From: an uncultured virus (IMG/VR IMGVR_UViG_3300033233_000003) | Lineage: Duplodnaviria; Heunggongvirae; Uroviricota; Caudoviricetes | DNA length: 64,000 bases | Direction: 5' to 3' (one strand) | Virus record (IMG/VR): IMGVR_UViG_3300033233_000003 | In this document: one piece after another, positions 37,833 to 48,000 of the stretch | Numbering within the stretch: position 1 is the stretch's first letter | Layout of the letters: each line of letters starts with the position of its first letter | Made by a program: the position numbers and the translations under genes | Notes under the pieces: model-generated | Database searches by the model: none | Seen by the model: the letters and a program-made list of their open reading frames with translations, nothing else | What the model was told of the DNA's origin: nothing

Positions 37833-38138
37833 ATGGCCACCGTCGTCTACGGCGAGTTCGAGTGGGATGAGGACAAAGAGTTGAAGAATCGAAAGAAGCA
37901 TGGTGTCTCGTTCGAGGAGGCGGCCATCGCCTTCCAGGATCCGAGGCAGCTGGTCCTTCCAGATGGTGGCGATGATCCGGACTGCTTCGTCTTGATGGGA
38001 ATGGCGCGAGACATGAGGATTCTCTTCGTCGTTCATCTCGAAGCGACACACGAGCGTGGAAATCGTTATCGAATCATCTCGGCGCGTACCGCCAATTCGA
38101 GGGAAGCAACTCAATACGCCAATGGAGACGCATCATGA
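37833..38138 (+). CDS. brnT: BrnT-family toxin
   Basis: FEWDEDK...N.KKHGVSFEEA...F.DP...RIISAR.A. Confidence 0.9.
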   Translation: MATVVYGEFEWDEDKELKNRKKHGVSFEEAAIAFQDPRQLVLPDGGDDPDCFVLMGMARDMRILFVVHLEATHERGNRYRIISARTANSREATQYANGDAS

Positions 38139-38461
38139 AGCAGAGTACGGCGCAAGACACGATGGACCAGGACGAGATGCCGGGAATTGAAGACTCTGAT
38201 CCTCGGTGGAAGTTGGCCAAGAGAGGTGTCTATGCGAAGAGGGGGATTCGCTACACGCTGGAACTCTTGCGCAAGGGTTTGGGAGTCACTCAAGATCAAG
38301 TGGCAGAGCGCATGGAGGCGACGCAGGGAGAGGTCTCTCGCATCGAGGCTCGGGAGGATTGGCGCGTCTCGACGCTGGAGCGTTATGCGAAGGCCATCGG
38401 CGGCAAGCTGATCGTGTCGGTCCAGCTGGGTGACAAGCGTTGCGACATCGCCCTCGATTGA
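38135..38461 (+). CDS. Antitoxin candidate with an XRE-type HTH
   Basis: ATGA overlap with brnT; LRKGLGVTQDQVAERM..TQGEVSRIE. Confidence 0.8.
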   Translation: MKQSTAQDTMDQDEMPGIEDSDPRWKLAKRGVYAKRGIRYTLELLRKGLGVTQDQVAERMEATQGEVSRIEAREDWRVSTLERYAKAIGGKLIVSVQLGDKRCDIALD

Positions 38462-38601
38462 GCCGGCTAGCCCAGCGTCTCGTTGGATTTCTCGTCGCTC
38501 TTCTTCGTCCTGAGCGAGCGGTTCGCCTTGGAGGTGCGGAGCTACCTGGAGGAACAGAACGATTTACGGCACTTCTACGATGATCGAAATTGATCGATGG
38601 C

Positions 38602-38928
38602 TCAGTGTCTCACGTGCATCCCGCCGCCTGCGGTGATCGCGCGGTGACGGAAGCCGAGCGCCTCGCAGAAGGCGTTCAGCTCGCTCGGCTCCGTGCTGTG
38701 CGCGATGATCTTCGTGCACTCGACGATCAGCTCCGGGTCCGCGGTCAAGAGCCACACGAGGATCGGCGCCGGGAACGGCTCGCCCGTGTGAAGGCGGTCG
38801 CCGAGAACGGTGATGAGGTCGGCGGCGAGAGTCGCAGGGAGGTCTCTGGCGCCGGCCGTGAGGGTATCGGCAACTTCGTCGAGGAGATCTGTCAAGCGGT
38901 TGCTGCGTGGTAGCAGGGTTTTGGTCAT
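38602..38928 (-). CDS. Hypothetical protein
   Basis: 108-aa ORF. Confidence 0.45.
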   Translation of the reverse strand: MTKTLLPRSNRLTDLLDEVADTLTAGARDLPATLAADLITVLGDRLHTGEPFPAPILVWLLTADPELIVECTKIIAHSTEPSELNAFCEALGFRHRAITAGGGMHVRH

Positions 38929-38997
38929 GCTGAGAAGGACGCAGTGAGAGTCACGGATCTGACAAGCGGTCGCGAGGCGAAGCGCGCGAGGACATGT

Positions 38998-39225
38998 TCA
39001 GCGTTCGGCTGCGCGCAGCTCTCTGCAACGTCGACGATAGAGTCCGGACGAACTCATGTCGAGCCCGTCGCCCGGGTCGAGCCCCATGCCGAGATCCACG
39101 ACGCGAGCCTTCTTCGCAGAGGCTATCGGCAAGAGCATCTCGACGACGCGTCCGGTCGAGAAGAAGAGTCGAACGCGGTTCTTCTCGATCCATTCGACCA
39201 TGCGGATCAGGGGAATCGACTTCAT
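38998..39225 (-). CDS. DUF2442-like protein (putative partner of DUF4160)
   Basis: VRLFFSTG...GLDMSSSGLY; ATGA overlap. Confidence 0.5.
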   Translation of the reverse strand: MKSIPLIRMVEWIEKNRVRLFFSTGRVVEMLLPIASAKKARVVDLGMGLDPGDGLDMSSSGLYRRRCRELRAAER

Positions 39226-39491
39226 CGGCGACCTCGAAGGGGTGGGATGCGGGCAGGTTTGCGGCCATTCCTGGCGTCCGTCCAAGCTTCCAGCAGCTCC
39301 TCCTGATGGGCGTGGATCCACTGTCGCGCGAGTCGAAGAGCTGGCGCAGGGAGACCGCCTTCGAGGACCACGCAGTCGGAAATCCTGATCGAAGCCACGT
39401 ATTCCGCGTAGAAGGCATGGACGTGGGCCACGCCGTGCTCACGAAAGAACACGGCCATGACGATGCCGTAGAAGCGTGCAAGTTCAGCCAC
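39222..39491 (-). CDS. DUF4160-family protein
   Basis: RFYGIV..FFREH..AHVHA.Y...EGGLP..ALRL..W...H.EELLEAW. Confidence 0.8.
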   Translation of the reverse strand: MAELARFYGIVMAVFFREHGVAHVHAFYAEYVASIRISDCVVLEGGLPAPALRLARQWIHAHQEELLEAWTDARNGRKPARIPPLRGRR

Positions 39492-39677
39492 TGGTCGCCT
39501 TGTCCTGGCCAGCGGCGCCGCAGGCGAGCGCGGTTGCGAGGAGCCAGGAAGAAAGTCCGAGGCCACGCGCACGAGCGATCTTCTGGAGACGATGCTTCTG
39601 TCGAGGCGTCGCGCGGATGACGATGATCGCGCTCTTCTTCTCCATCGGCGTAGATCTACATTCGATCTACACGATGG

Positions 39678-40466
39678 TCAAGTCCCGAGCGGGTCCTTGC
39701 CCCTCGTGGGTCCGATCTGCGCGTGGATGTGGCTGTTGAGCCCCGAGTGGCTCGGCCTGAAGTCCGGATCAGGATGGTCGGGGCTCAAGATGAAGGAGTG
39801 CTCCCCGATGCGCGTCGGCGGCCCTCCCTGCAGCGGCGTCTGCGTCCTGTCGGCGACCTGCTCGGCGATGAATCGGTAGAGCGCGGTGAAGAGCCTGTAG
39901 GCTCCGTCGGAGGGCTTGAGTCGAAAGTGCGTGACGGTCGCGTCGTCCGCGTAGGGCGCGGGCTTCGTTCCCCAGTCGTCCTTGATGGAGAGGTTTCCAA
40001 AAGGACCGTCGAACGAGAGCAGGTCGACGGCGCGTCCGTGGTTGTGGATGTCATCGGGTGTCGCGGCCTTGCCGGGGTAGATGCCGAGGTGGTGGATCGC
40101 GGTCACGCCGAAACGACCACGCAGCATCGCCGCGAGCCGCGCGAGGAAGACCGCGAACCGAGGATCGACGTGATCGATTCGTCTCGGTGAGTCCATGTAC
40201 AGGAACCGAATGTCACCCACGTGCCCTTCGAGGTCCATCGTCGGGTCGGATTCACTCGGCCAACGGCTGACGGAGATCGTGCCCGCGTCGTCGAGGCTCT
40301 TGAGCACGGTCAGCGCCTGGACTTGCGAGAGCGCGCGGGCGGGGACGATCGCGTAGGGTCCGGAGACGACGCCGGCTGGACGGGAACTCTTGCCGCCGCT
40401 GCCACCGGCCGTGATGGCGAGCAGGGCGAGGACGCCCGCGGCGGCGAGGGGGACGGCGGGGGTCAC
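39678..40466 (-). CDS. Membrane-anchored extensin-like/M15-type Zn peptidase
   Basis: N-terminal TM; HNHGRAVDL and HIH motifs. Confidence 0.65.
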   Translation of the reverse strand: MTPAVPLAAAGVLALLAITAGGSGGKSSRPAGVVSGPYAIVPARALSQVQALTVLKSLDDAGTISVSRWPSESDPTMDLEGHVGDIRFLYMDSPRRIDHVDPRFAVFLARLAAMLRGRFGVTAIHHLGIYPGKAATPDDIHNHGRAVDLLSFDGPFGNLSIKDDWGTKPAPYADDATVTHFRLKPSDGAYRLFTALYRFIAEQVADRTQTPLQGGPPTRIGEHSFILSPDHPDPDFRPSHSGLNSHIHAQIGPTRGKDPLGT

Positions 40467-40481
40467 GAGGAAGAGCCTAGA

Positions 40482-40982
40482 TCATCCGTCTCCGCGCCGC
40501 ATCTTGCGGATCTCATCACCGGCGATGGCACGCATGATCCGGCCCTGCTCTTCCATGCTCTGGCCCTCTTCGCCGGGCTTGGCCGTGTGCACGCTCCACG
40601 TGACGCGCTTCTGGGCACGGCACCAAGCGCGCATTCCCTCGACCGTCTTCCGATCGCGCTCCGTCTGAAAAGCCTCGGGGTACTTTTCGAGGAATGCATC
40701 GAGCTGCGCCTCGTCGGCGTAGCCGCCGATGCCGTCCTGGTGGACGTGACCCTTCTCGTCGACGGCGAGGACCATCAGCGGTGCGTAGGTCGAGCACTTC
40801 GGTTTGTTCCACTTCTCGCTGGGCACCTTCGGATTCAGCGTCTGCGAGCACATGCGCATGCCGTGCTTCGTCGTCTCGATCCAGTAGCGGATCTTCGTGC
40901 GCAGGCGGAAGCCGTATGGATAATCTTCCACTACGAACCCGGATTCGGGGCTCGTGTGCCCGGTGAGGTAGCCCGTGCTCAT
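40482..40982 (-). CDS. Conserved-looking phage hypothetical protein
   Basis: GHTSPE..VVEDYPYGFRLR..IRYWIE...WNKPK.STY. Confidence 0.7.
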   Translation of the reverse strand: MSTGYLTGHTSPESGFVVEDYPYGFRLRTKIRYWIETTKHGMRMCSQTLNPKVPSEKWNKPKCSTYAPLMVLAVDEKGHVHQDGIGGYADEAQLDAFLEKYPEAFQTERDRKTVEGMRAWCRAQKRVTWSVHTAKPGEEGQSMEEQGRIMRAIAGDEIRKMRRGDG

Positions 40983-41305
40983 GACCTGCTCTCCTTCTCC
41001 ATGGCAGCTCGAATCTTAGCGCGTTTCTCTTCCGGAAACATCAGCACGACGGCCTCGCGGAGCGCGTCATGGGCATCGAAGCCCTTCCGAGCACCGTCTT
41101 CTTCCGGGAAGTCCATGCTCGACGAGCACACGAGGTGTTGGTCTTCGGCGAGCGGGTCGAACTTCACCTTCTGCAGGAGCAGCGAAAGCCCCTCGGCGCC
41201 GAGGTCGGCAGATCGATTCACCTTGCGCTTCAGCGAGATGCGGAATCGACCCTTTTCGATGCCGAGGACGAATACCTTCAAGCCGCTCGGACGCTTCGTC
41301 TTCAT
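40979..41305 (-). CDS. Hypothetical protein
   Basis: ATGA coupling; SSSMDFPEE. Confidence 0.6.
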   Translation of the reverse strand: MKTKRPSGLKVFVLGIEKGRFRISLKRKVNRSADLGAEGLSLLLQKVKFDPLAEDQHLVCSSSMDFPEEDGARKGFDAHDALREAVVLMFPEEKRAKIRAAMEKESRS

Positions 41306-41619
41306 GGTTCGCTCCCCGGACGGGCTTCGACAGCCGCTCGGCCCGCCTTCGTGATCTCTGCGCGCGTCCGCTCGCGGCTGTCATAGGACACGCGACGCTC
41401 GACGACGAGTCCGGCGGCGACGAGCGTGCGGATCGTCTGCGGCCGTATTTTTCTAACGCGGTCGCCTGCGGCGCCGCTGGGCCCCATCCATTCAGGTCGT
41501 CGTTCGGCGTCCTCGGCGAAGAGGAGCAGCGCTCGACGCTGTGCGTCTGCGCTCGCGCCGCTGCGCCGAGGCGATGCTCAAGAGATCTGAGCGGTTGGAT
41601 GTCGATCTCTCTGCTCAAC

Positions 41620-41910
41620 GTTGAAGAAGTGCGGTTGGCTTATCGCCATTCACGCGTTCGCCTGCGTGCAGGGCCTGCGCGCAGACGAAGCGTGCAGGAG
41701 TATTTCTCAATCGGCGAAATATTTTTCAACAAAAGTATTTGATCTTCCGATTCGACTTCGCTAAGGCTGGTCTTCGGCTTCAGGGAACTCAGTCGTTACA
41801 AAGGCATCGAGTCGCCTCGAAGAACTCGACGGGCGGTTCCGAGGGGTCTTCTTACTTACTTCTATTCTTATCAACATCAATAGTGCCATGTAGATGGCGC
41901 AGAGACGGTG
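41620..41910. promoter_or_regulatory. AT-rich divergent control region between the two arms, with an inverted repeat at 41651-41694
   Basis: Strand switch; AT-rich tracts; CACGCGTTCGCCTGCGTGCAGG-G-CCTGCGCGCAGACGAAGCGTG. Confidence 0.55.
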
Positions 41911-41916
41911 AACATC

Positions 41917-42462
41917 ATGGCGGACGACAAGTTGGGGAAGGGCACTGGCAAGGGCATGGTCAAGGGCGACGAGATTCCGTTCGAGTTCGAGGCGCCGGCG
42001 GGAGCCGTCACGGTCTCGACCGGACGTTCGATGTACAAGCCCGAGGTCTGCAAGACGGCCGACGGCAAGCACTACCCGGTGTGCGGGCACCTCATCGGCG
42101 CCGAGATCCTCGGCCAGGAGTCGCAGAACGGTGCGTTCACGGGCCTCATCTTCCGGCTGACGAAGCCGACGATGACGCCGGACGCGAAGGGCGTGCTCAC
42201 TCGTCGCAACCCGGGCGAGGAGGTCATCATCGTCCAGACCTACGAGCTGAAGGGCCTCGAAGAGGTCGCCGACGACAACAAGATGGTGGCCGAGTTCTTC
42301 ATCAAGCCGACGAACAAGGAGACGCTGGCGAACGGCCACAGTCTCTGGCACTACGACGTGAAGTTCGTGGGCAAGGGGCAGCGTGACAAGATCGCGACGA
42401 AGGTCGCCTCGATCTTCGGCGGCGACAGCGCGCCCGCGCTGCCGGCCGGAGCCTCGGCCTAA
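41917..42462 (+). CDS. Putative ssDNA-binding (OB-fold-like) protein
   Basis: Beta pattern with a flexible tail; first gene of the polymerase arm; inference only. Confidence 0.4.
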   Translation: MADDKLGKGTGKGMVKGDEIPFEFEAPAGAVTVSTGRSMYKPEVCKTADGKHYPVCGHLIGAEILGQESQNGAFTGLIFRLTKPTMTPDAKGVLTRRNPGEEVIIVQTYELKGLEEVADDNKMVAEFFIKPTNKETLANGHSLWHYDVKFVGKGQRDKIATKVASIFGGDSAPALPAGASA

Positions 42463-42639
42463 CCGCCTGCGCCTTCTGGGCGGGGCTCGTCGGCGTCGAT
42501 CGTCTGATCACCTCGGTGAGCCCCGTCTCAGTCGGCGCATGTCAGGGCATGGCGAAGCGCATGAGGTTCGTATCGTCGGAGACAGGGATCCGATCTAGCG
42601 AGCCTGGTGTCAGGTCGCGCATGTCAGGGCACGGCAAAA

Positions 42640-42921
42640 ATGGGGGCTCCCATCAAGCAGAAGGAAGGGTATCGCCAGGAGAGCGCGAGTCTCCAGCGCA
42701 TCCATCGTCGAATCTCCGAGGACGACACTCGGGATCAGGCGTGGCGCGTGAAGATGCTCGGCCTCCTCGACAAGCTCGTGGCCGGCTTCAACGAGGACAC
42801 CGTCGCGTCGCTCCTTCAAACGCGGTCGCCTTCGGCGCCGCTAGTTCGCAAGGGCAGCGATGAGCACGGGGAGTCCTCGGAGGCCGGCGACGGCTCATCG
42901 GATTCTGAAGTGAACAGCTAG
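42640..42921 (+). CDS. Hypothetical protein containing a hairpin copy
   Basis: ATG 12 nt after the TGTCAG motif; QTRSPSAPLV peptide. Confidence 0.55.
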   Translation: MGAPIKQKEGYRQESASLQRIHRRISEDDTRDQAWRVKMLGLLDKLVAGFNEDTVASLLQTRSPSAPLVRKGSDEHGESSEAGDGSSDSEVNS

Positions 42922-42940
42922 CGTCTGCCGGGCGGCTTGC

Positions 42941-44035
42941 GTGACGCATCCGCAGGGAGAGGATCAGAAAGAAGAGCGCGGCCGCGTCGAGCCGGACTTG
43001 CGTCCGGAGGGCGCGGCCGCCGGCGTCTCCAGGAAGAAGTCGACGAAGAGGTCCACGAAGAAGCCGGTCAAGAAGCCGGCCAAGAAACCGAAGAAGATCG
43101 TCAGGAGACCGCCGAAGAAGCCGCCGAAGAAGCCGACGAAGAAGAGGAAGAAGCCGGTCGAGAAGCCGGTCGAGAAACCGAAGAAGCCGGTCAAGAAGCC
43201 GGCGAAGAAGCCGGCGAAGAAGCCGACGAAGAAGTCGACGAAGAAGCCGGTTAAGAAGCCGGTCAAGAAGCCTCCGGAGCCTCCGAGACCCCCGAGGCGT
43301 CCGTCGAAGGTCCAGATCGAGCGACGGAGGCGAGAGCGGCGCGCCGAGCAGGCCAGGTCACGCAGGACACGCAAGCGTCTCGCGAAAGAGCGAAAGCTCC
43401 GCGCGACGGCTGAGCGCAAGGCGAGACGAGAAGCGGAGGAGAAGGAGGCGGAGCGCGAGCGGCGCCTCAAGAAGCTCCGCGGCAAGACCAGGAAGAAGCG
43501 TCAGAAGAGGCGCCGGCGTCAAGCACGGCGTCGCATCGTCCTGCCCCAGGAGATCCTGGAGCAGAAGCTCCTTGCGTACAGAGAGGATCTCCTCCGTCGA
43601 GGCAAGATCAAGAGGCCGAAGCATCCCGACACCGAGCACCGCTGGGTGACGGTCGATTTCTCCGGCAAGCGGCTGGCCTACCACCAGACGGTCATCATCG
43701 AGCGGATGCTCGACCAGGACTCCATCGAGGACATCCTCGCGCTCATCATGTTCGGAGCCGATGAGGTCTACGCCGCACTTCCGGACGGGCTCTTCTACAC
43801 CTCGATCTCGATGCTGGAGTACGGCAGCACGCTCGTCGGCTCGCCGGGGCCGACGCTCTACAGCGACGACGAGGGCGATTTCGTCACCTCGTGGCAGGGC
43901 ACGCGCGGCGTCTCCTTCGAGAAGCTCCAGCAGATCATAGCGCGCAAGCTCCGGGAGCTTGCGGTGGCCGCGGCGAGCGGGAGCAACGCGGTCTTCATCG
44001 AGACGGTCACGATCAAAAGTTACAAGCCCGCGTAG
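42941..44035 (+). CDS. Highly basic protein with KKP[AVT] repeats and an acidic globular C-terminus
   Basis: Histone-H1-like KKPx repeats and Arg-rich helices. Confidence 0.7.
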   Translation: MTHPQGEDQKEERGRVEPDLRPEGAAAGVSRKKSTKRSTKKPVKKPAKKPKKIVRRPPKKPPKKPTKKRKKPVEKPVEKPKKPVKKPAKKPAKKPTKKSTKKPVKKPVKKPPEPPRPPRRPSKVQIERRRRERRAEQARSRRTRKRLAKERKLRATAERKARREAEEKEAERERRLKKLRGKTRKKRQKRRRRQARRRIVLPQEILEQKLLAYREDLLRRGKIKRPKHPDTEHRWVTVDFSGKRLAYHQTVIIERMLDQDSIEDILALIMFGADEVYAALPDGLFYTSISMLEYGSTLVGSPGPTLYSDDEGDFVTSWQGTRGVSFEKLQQIIARKLRELAVAAASGSNAVFIETVTIKSYKPA

Positions 44036-44095
44036 CGGGCGGGCAAAGAGCTGCAAATCTGCGTAGCGGGTGAGCGGGAAAAAAGGAGAACCTCG

Positions 44096-44557
44096 ATGGA
44101 GAACGGTCAACCTGGAATCTACGTGGCAAGCAAGACGAAGCACGCTGCTCGATGGAAAGGCATGCGAGCCAGCGGCACACCGATCATCTCTACCTGGATC
44201 GATCTTGCCATCGACAAGGCAAAGGATGGAGCCGTCGATCATGCCGATCTGTGGGATCGGTGCATCGAAGAGGCGGCGTCCTCGACGGCGGTCGTCGTCT
44301 ACTTCGAGGAGGGCGAGGTCTTCAAGGGCGCCTACGTCGAAGTCGGCGCCGCGCTCGCGAGCAAGGTTCCGGTCTTCCTGGTCGGTGACCCGTCTGGCAC
44401 TTGTTGGGGTCATCGTCTCGTCACGCGTTGCGCGACCGTGGAGGAAGCGTTCAAGAAGGCGTTTCATGTGTGGCTCGATCGTCCCGTCATGACCGACCAA
44501 GAGGAGCCTCTCTCCACCAGCAATGCCAAAGGTGACCGCGTTGAGGTGACGTCGTGA
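44096..44557 (+). CDS. Nucleoside 2-deoxyribosyltransferase-like protein
   Basis: IYVAS...GAYVEVGAALASKVPVFLVG. Confidence 0.7.
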   Translation: MENGQPGIYVASKTKHAARWKGMRASGTPIISTWIDLAIDKAKDGAVDHADLWDRCIEEAASSTAVVVYFEEGEVFKGAYVEVGAALASKVPVFLVGDPSGTCWGHRLVTRCATVEEAFKKAFHVWLDRPVMTDQEEPLSTSNAKGDRVEVTS

Positions 44558-45060
44558 AGATCTACGTCGCATCGTCCTGGCGCAATGGCTTCCAGCAGGA
44601 GGTCGTGCGTCGGCTTCGTGCGGAGCATCACGAGGTCTATAATTTCAAGGCGGCGAGTCACGATCCGAGCGCTCCTCCGGGTGGCTTCCACTGGTCGGAC
44701 ATCGATCCGGAGTGGAAAGCCTGGGTTCCGTCCGTGTTTCGGAAGGCTCTGAACCACCCGATCGCCAGGGCCGGCTTCGCGCGCGACATGACCGCGCTCA
44801 TGGAATGCGAGGCGTGCGTGCTCGTGCTTCCCTGCGGCCGGAGCGCACACCTCGAAGCGGGCTACGCCGCGGGCGCGGGCAAGCCGACGATCGTCTTGCT
44901 CTCCGATGGAGAGCCGGAGCTGATGTACCGCATGAACACCAAGATCTGCTGCACGCTCGACGAGGTCGTCGAGGCGCTCGCCGATCCGATTGCGCTCGTG
45001 GAGATCCGGGACGACATCGCCAACGCCTTCGCCGCCATCGGACGCTCCGTAGAGCACTAG
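44554..45060 (+). CDS. Nucleoside 2-deoxyribosyltransferase-like protein
   Basis: MKIYVASSWRN...DMTALMEC..CVLVLPCGRSAHLEAGYAAGAGKP. Confidence 0.75.
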   Translation: MKIYVASSWRNGFQQEVVRRLRAEHHEVYNFKAASHDPSAPPGGFHWSDIDPEWKAWVPSVFRKALNHPIARAGFARDMTALMECEACVLVLPCGRSAHLEAGYAAGAGKPTIVLLSDGEPELMYRMNTKICCTLDEVVEALADPIALVEIRDDIANAFAAIGRSVEH

Positions 45061-45071
45061 AGCGCTGATCG

Positions 45072-48000
45072 ATGGAGCGAGAGGAGACGATGGAAGACTG
45101 CGAGCGCTTCATCACGGCTGAGGGTCGCGAATGGAACGGATCTGTCTTCCGCTGGCCACATGAGCGTGGTCGCCCGAGAGGTAGGCCGATCGAGCGTAGG
45201 TCGGAGAAAAGGAGATCTCGTCACGAAGAGGAGCGCTGGTTCATGGAAGGGATGGAGGAAGACGACGAGGCCGTCGAGGAAGGAACGTTGCTCTCGCCTG
45301 TGGCCGACGAGAAGGCGAAGAAGGAGGAGAGCGAGTACCTGAAGCCGCTGACGGGCAAGCTCCGTCATCGCGACGTCGCCGTCTACGACGTGGAGAGCAA
45401 GGACGGCGACAGCCAGGAGAAGGGCTTCACCCGGCCCTTCATGATCTGGCTCCACTGGGAGGACGAGTTCGGCTTCCAGGAGCACCGCGTCTTTCGGGAC
45501 AGCGACGAGGCTCGCCGCAAGGACCCACTCAACGTGCTCCGTCACTTCCGGTGCAAGGGTGCCACGCTCGAAACGGACCCCGGACCGAACACCTCGAAGT
45601 ACGCGGCCGACGCGATGAACGGAGGGTTGCAGGCCTTCGTGCGCTGTCCAGGCTGCGCCGACTGCCTCAGCAAGCGCCACTACGGACCTGGCGGGTGCGT
45701 CGACCAGTTCCTGCGATTCGTGCTCGCGATGGACCTCTGCCCGTCTTGTCAGAGCGACGGCGGGGGTCGGCGTTGGCGGAGCAAGACGTGCATGTGCAAG
45801 AGGCTAGAGAAGCGCTTCCAGCAGAAGCCGAGCAGGCCGTCCAGCAGAATCACGAACGGCTCCGAAGGCAATCGCCTTGGGACGAAGGGCACGAACATCT
45901 ACGCGCACAACGGCGGGAAGTTCGACCACCTCTTCCTCCTCGGGTGGCTCCGCGAGCACCGCGACACGTTTTCCTTCGAGATCGCGAGCGTCCAAGCCCG
46001 CATCCAGCGGCTCGACGTGTGGCCGCGCTTCAAGAAGAAGAAGGAGGGCTTCTGGTCTTTCCTCGATTCGGTCTCGCTCCTGCCCATGTCGCTCGGCAAG
46101 ATCGGCAAGACGTTCTGCCCTGACCGCACCCAGAAGGGCAAGATGCCGGAAGCCGACGAGTGGGACGAGCGCTGGGACGAGTACAACCGCGACGACTGCG
46201 TCGTGCTCCGCGAGGGGCTGCTCGCGTTTCATCGGCTCATCGCGCAGCTCGGCGGCGAGGTCGGCATCACCGCGCCGGCGACTTCCATGAAGCTCTTCCG
46301 ACGACGCTACATGAAGAAGCAGTGGATCTTCCGCAACGCGCACTTCCACCGCTGCGACGATCGCTGCGTGGCCTTCTTCTCCTCTGCCGGGTGCGAGCGA
46401 TCGAGCTGCGAGGGGCGCTGCCACGGCTGCGCGCACCAGTGGGTCCGAGGTGGCTACTACGGCGGGCGCACGGAGATGTTCCAGGAGTGGGGGCCGAAGG
46501 GGACATCGTACTACGACGTGAACAGCAGCTATCCGGCCTCGATGCTGGATGACATGCCGGTCGGCAAGATGATCGAGGTCGACTGCAGCAAGATGAGCAC
46601 GAGGCATGCGTTGCTGCTCCTCAAGAAATTGCGCAAGACGAGCATCGGCTTCGTCGAATGCGAGGTGGAGATCCCGAAGACGTGCCAGATCCCGCCGCTG
46701 CCGCATCGAGACGAAAACGGCAAGCTCACCTTCGAGACGGGGTTTCTCTCCGGCACCTGGGACTACGACGAGCTTGCGCTGCTCGATCATCCGCTCGTGA
46801 TGGGGAGGATCCTCTCGATCAAGAAGACGGTCTGGTACGGCAAACGGGCTGTCTTCCGCGAGATGGTGGACACTGTCTTCGAGTATCGGAACAAGTCGCG
46901 CGAGGACTACAGCGAGGGGCTCTCTTTCTGCGCGAAGCTCATGCTGAACTCGCTCTACGGAAAATTCGGGATGCGCGAGGAGCGGAGCGGGCTCGTCTGC
47001 ATCGGACCTGGAGACCCTTGGCCCGAGCACGGCATCCCGATCGACGGCGATCACGAGACCTGCGACATCTGGGAAGTCGAGAGGATCGTCGAGGCGAGCT
47101 ACATCATCCCGCAGATCAGCGCCCACATCACGTCGCTCTCGCGGATTCGACTCTTCCTCGGGCTCATCGCGATCGTCAGCGCGGGAGGAACGATCCTGTA
47201 CGGAGACAGCATCTCGGGAGACAGGACCGTGGTGGTGCAGGATCCTCAGAAGCGCACGCACGTGATTCCCATAGAGAGACTCTGGAGGAGATTCGCAAAG
47301 AAGGACGTTCGATGGGACAAGAAGCAACTCGGCGCGCTCCCGGGTTGGAAGGCTCTCGCACGAGATGGCGCGGGCAAGGAGGGTTGGTTCTCTCTGGGTG
47401 GAATCATCAGGCATCGAGTGCACAAGGAGATGTGGCTCGTCAGCAACAGGCGTGGCCAGACGGAGGTCACTGAAGATCACGGCATCATCTCCGGCGGCAA
47501 GGCCGTCACGCCGGCAGAGTTCGTCGACAGACAGTTGGTCTTCGAGAAGATCAAGGCGCAGCCGTCTCTCTACGTCGGCAAAGCGATCGATCTGCTCGAA
47601 CACCTCGACGAATCGATCATGAGCAGGACCGTCTCCGGCGGCGGGGAGAAGAAGTATCGATTCGAGCCGAGGGGCGAGTGGATGCGCTTCAAGAAGGGTG
47701 AAGACGAACCGGAGCCTCGTGACATCAGGAGGATCTACAGACCGAACTCGAAAGAGCTTCATTCGCTGCTGCGTCTCTTGGCTGCTTACCTCGCGGAGGG
47801 AAGCGCGAGTCTCGCTACCAGGACCACCTGTCGCTTCGTACTGTCCATCTCTCAGGCCGACGAGACATGGCTCGACGTGCTGAAGACCGACTTCTCCGTC
47901 ATCGCTCCTGAATACCCGATCTTCGGTCCATATCAGACCGCAGGCGCCTCGGTGATCCGATCCGGCACGGCCGCGATGAGCTTCTTCTTCGCCGGACTCT

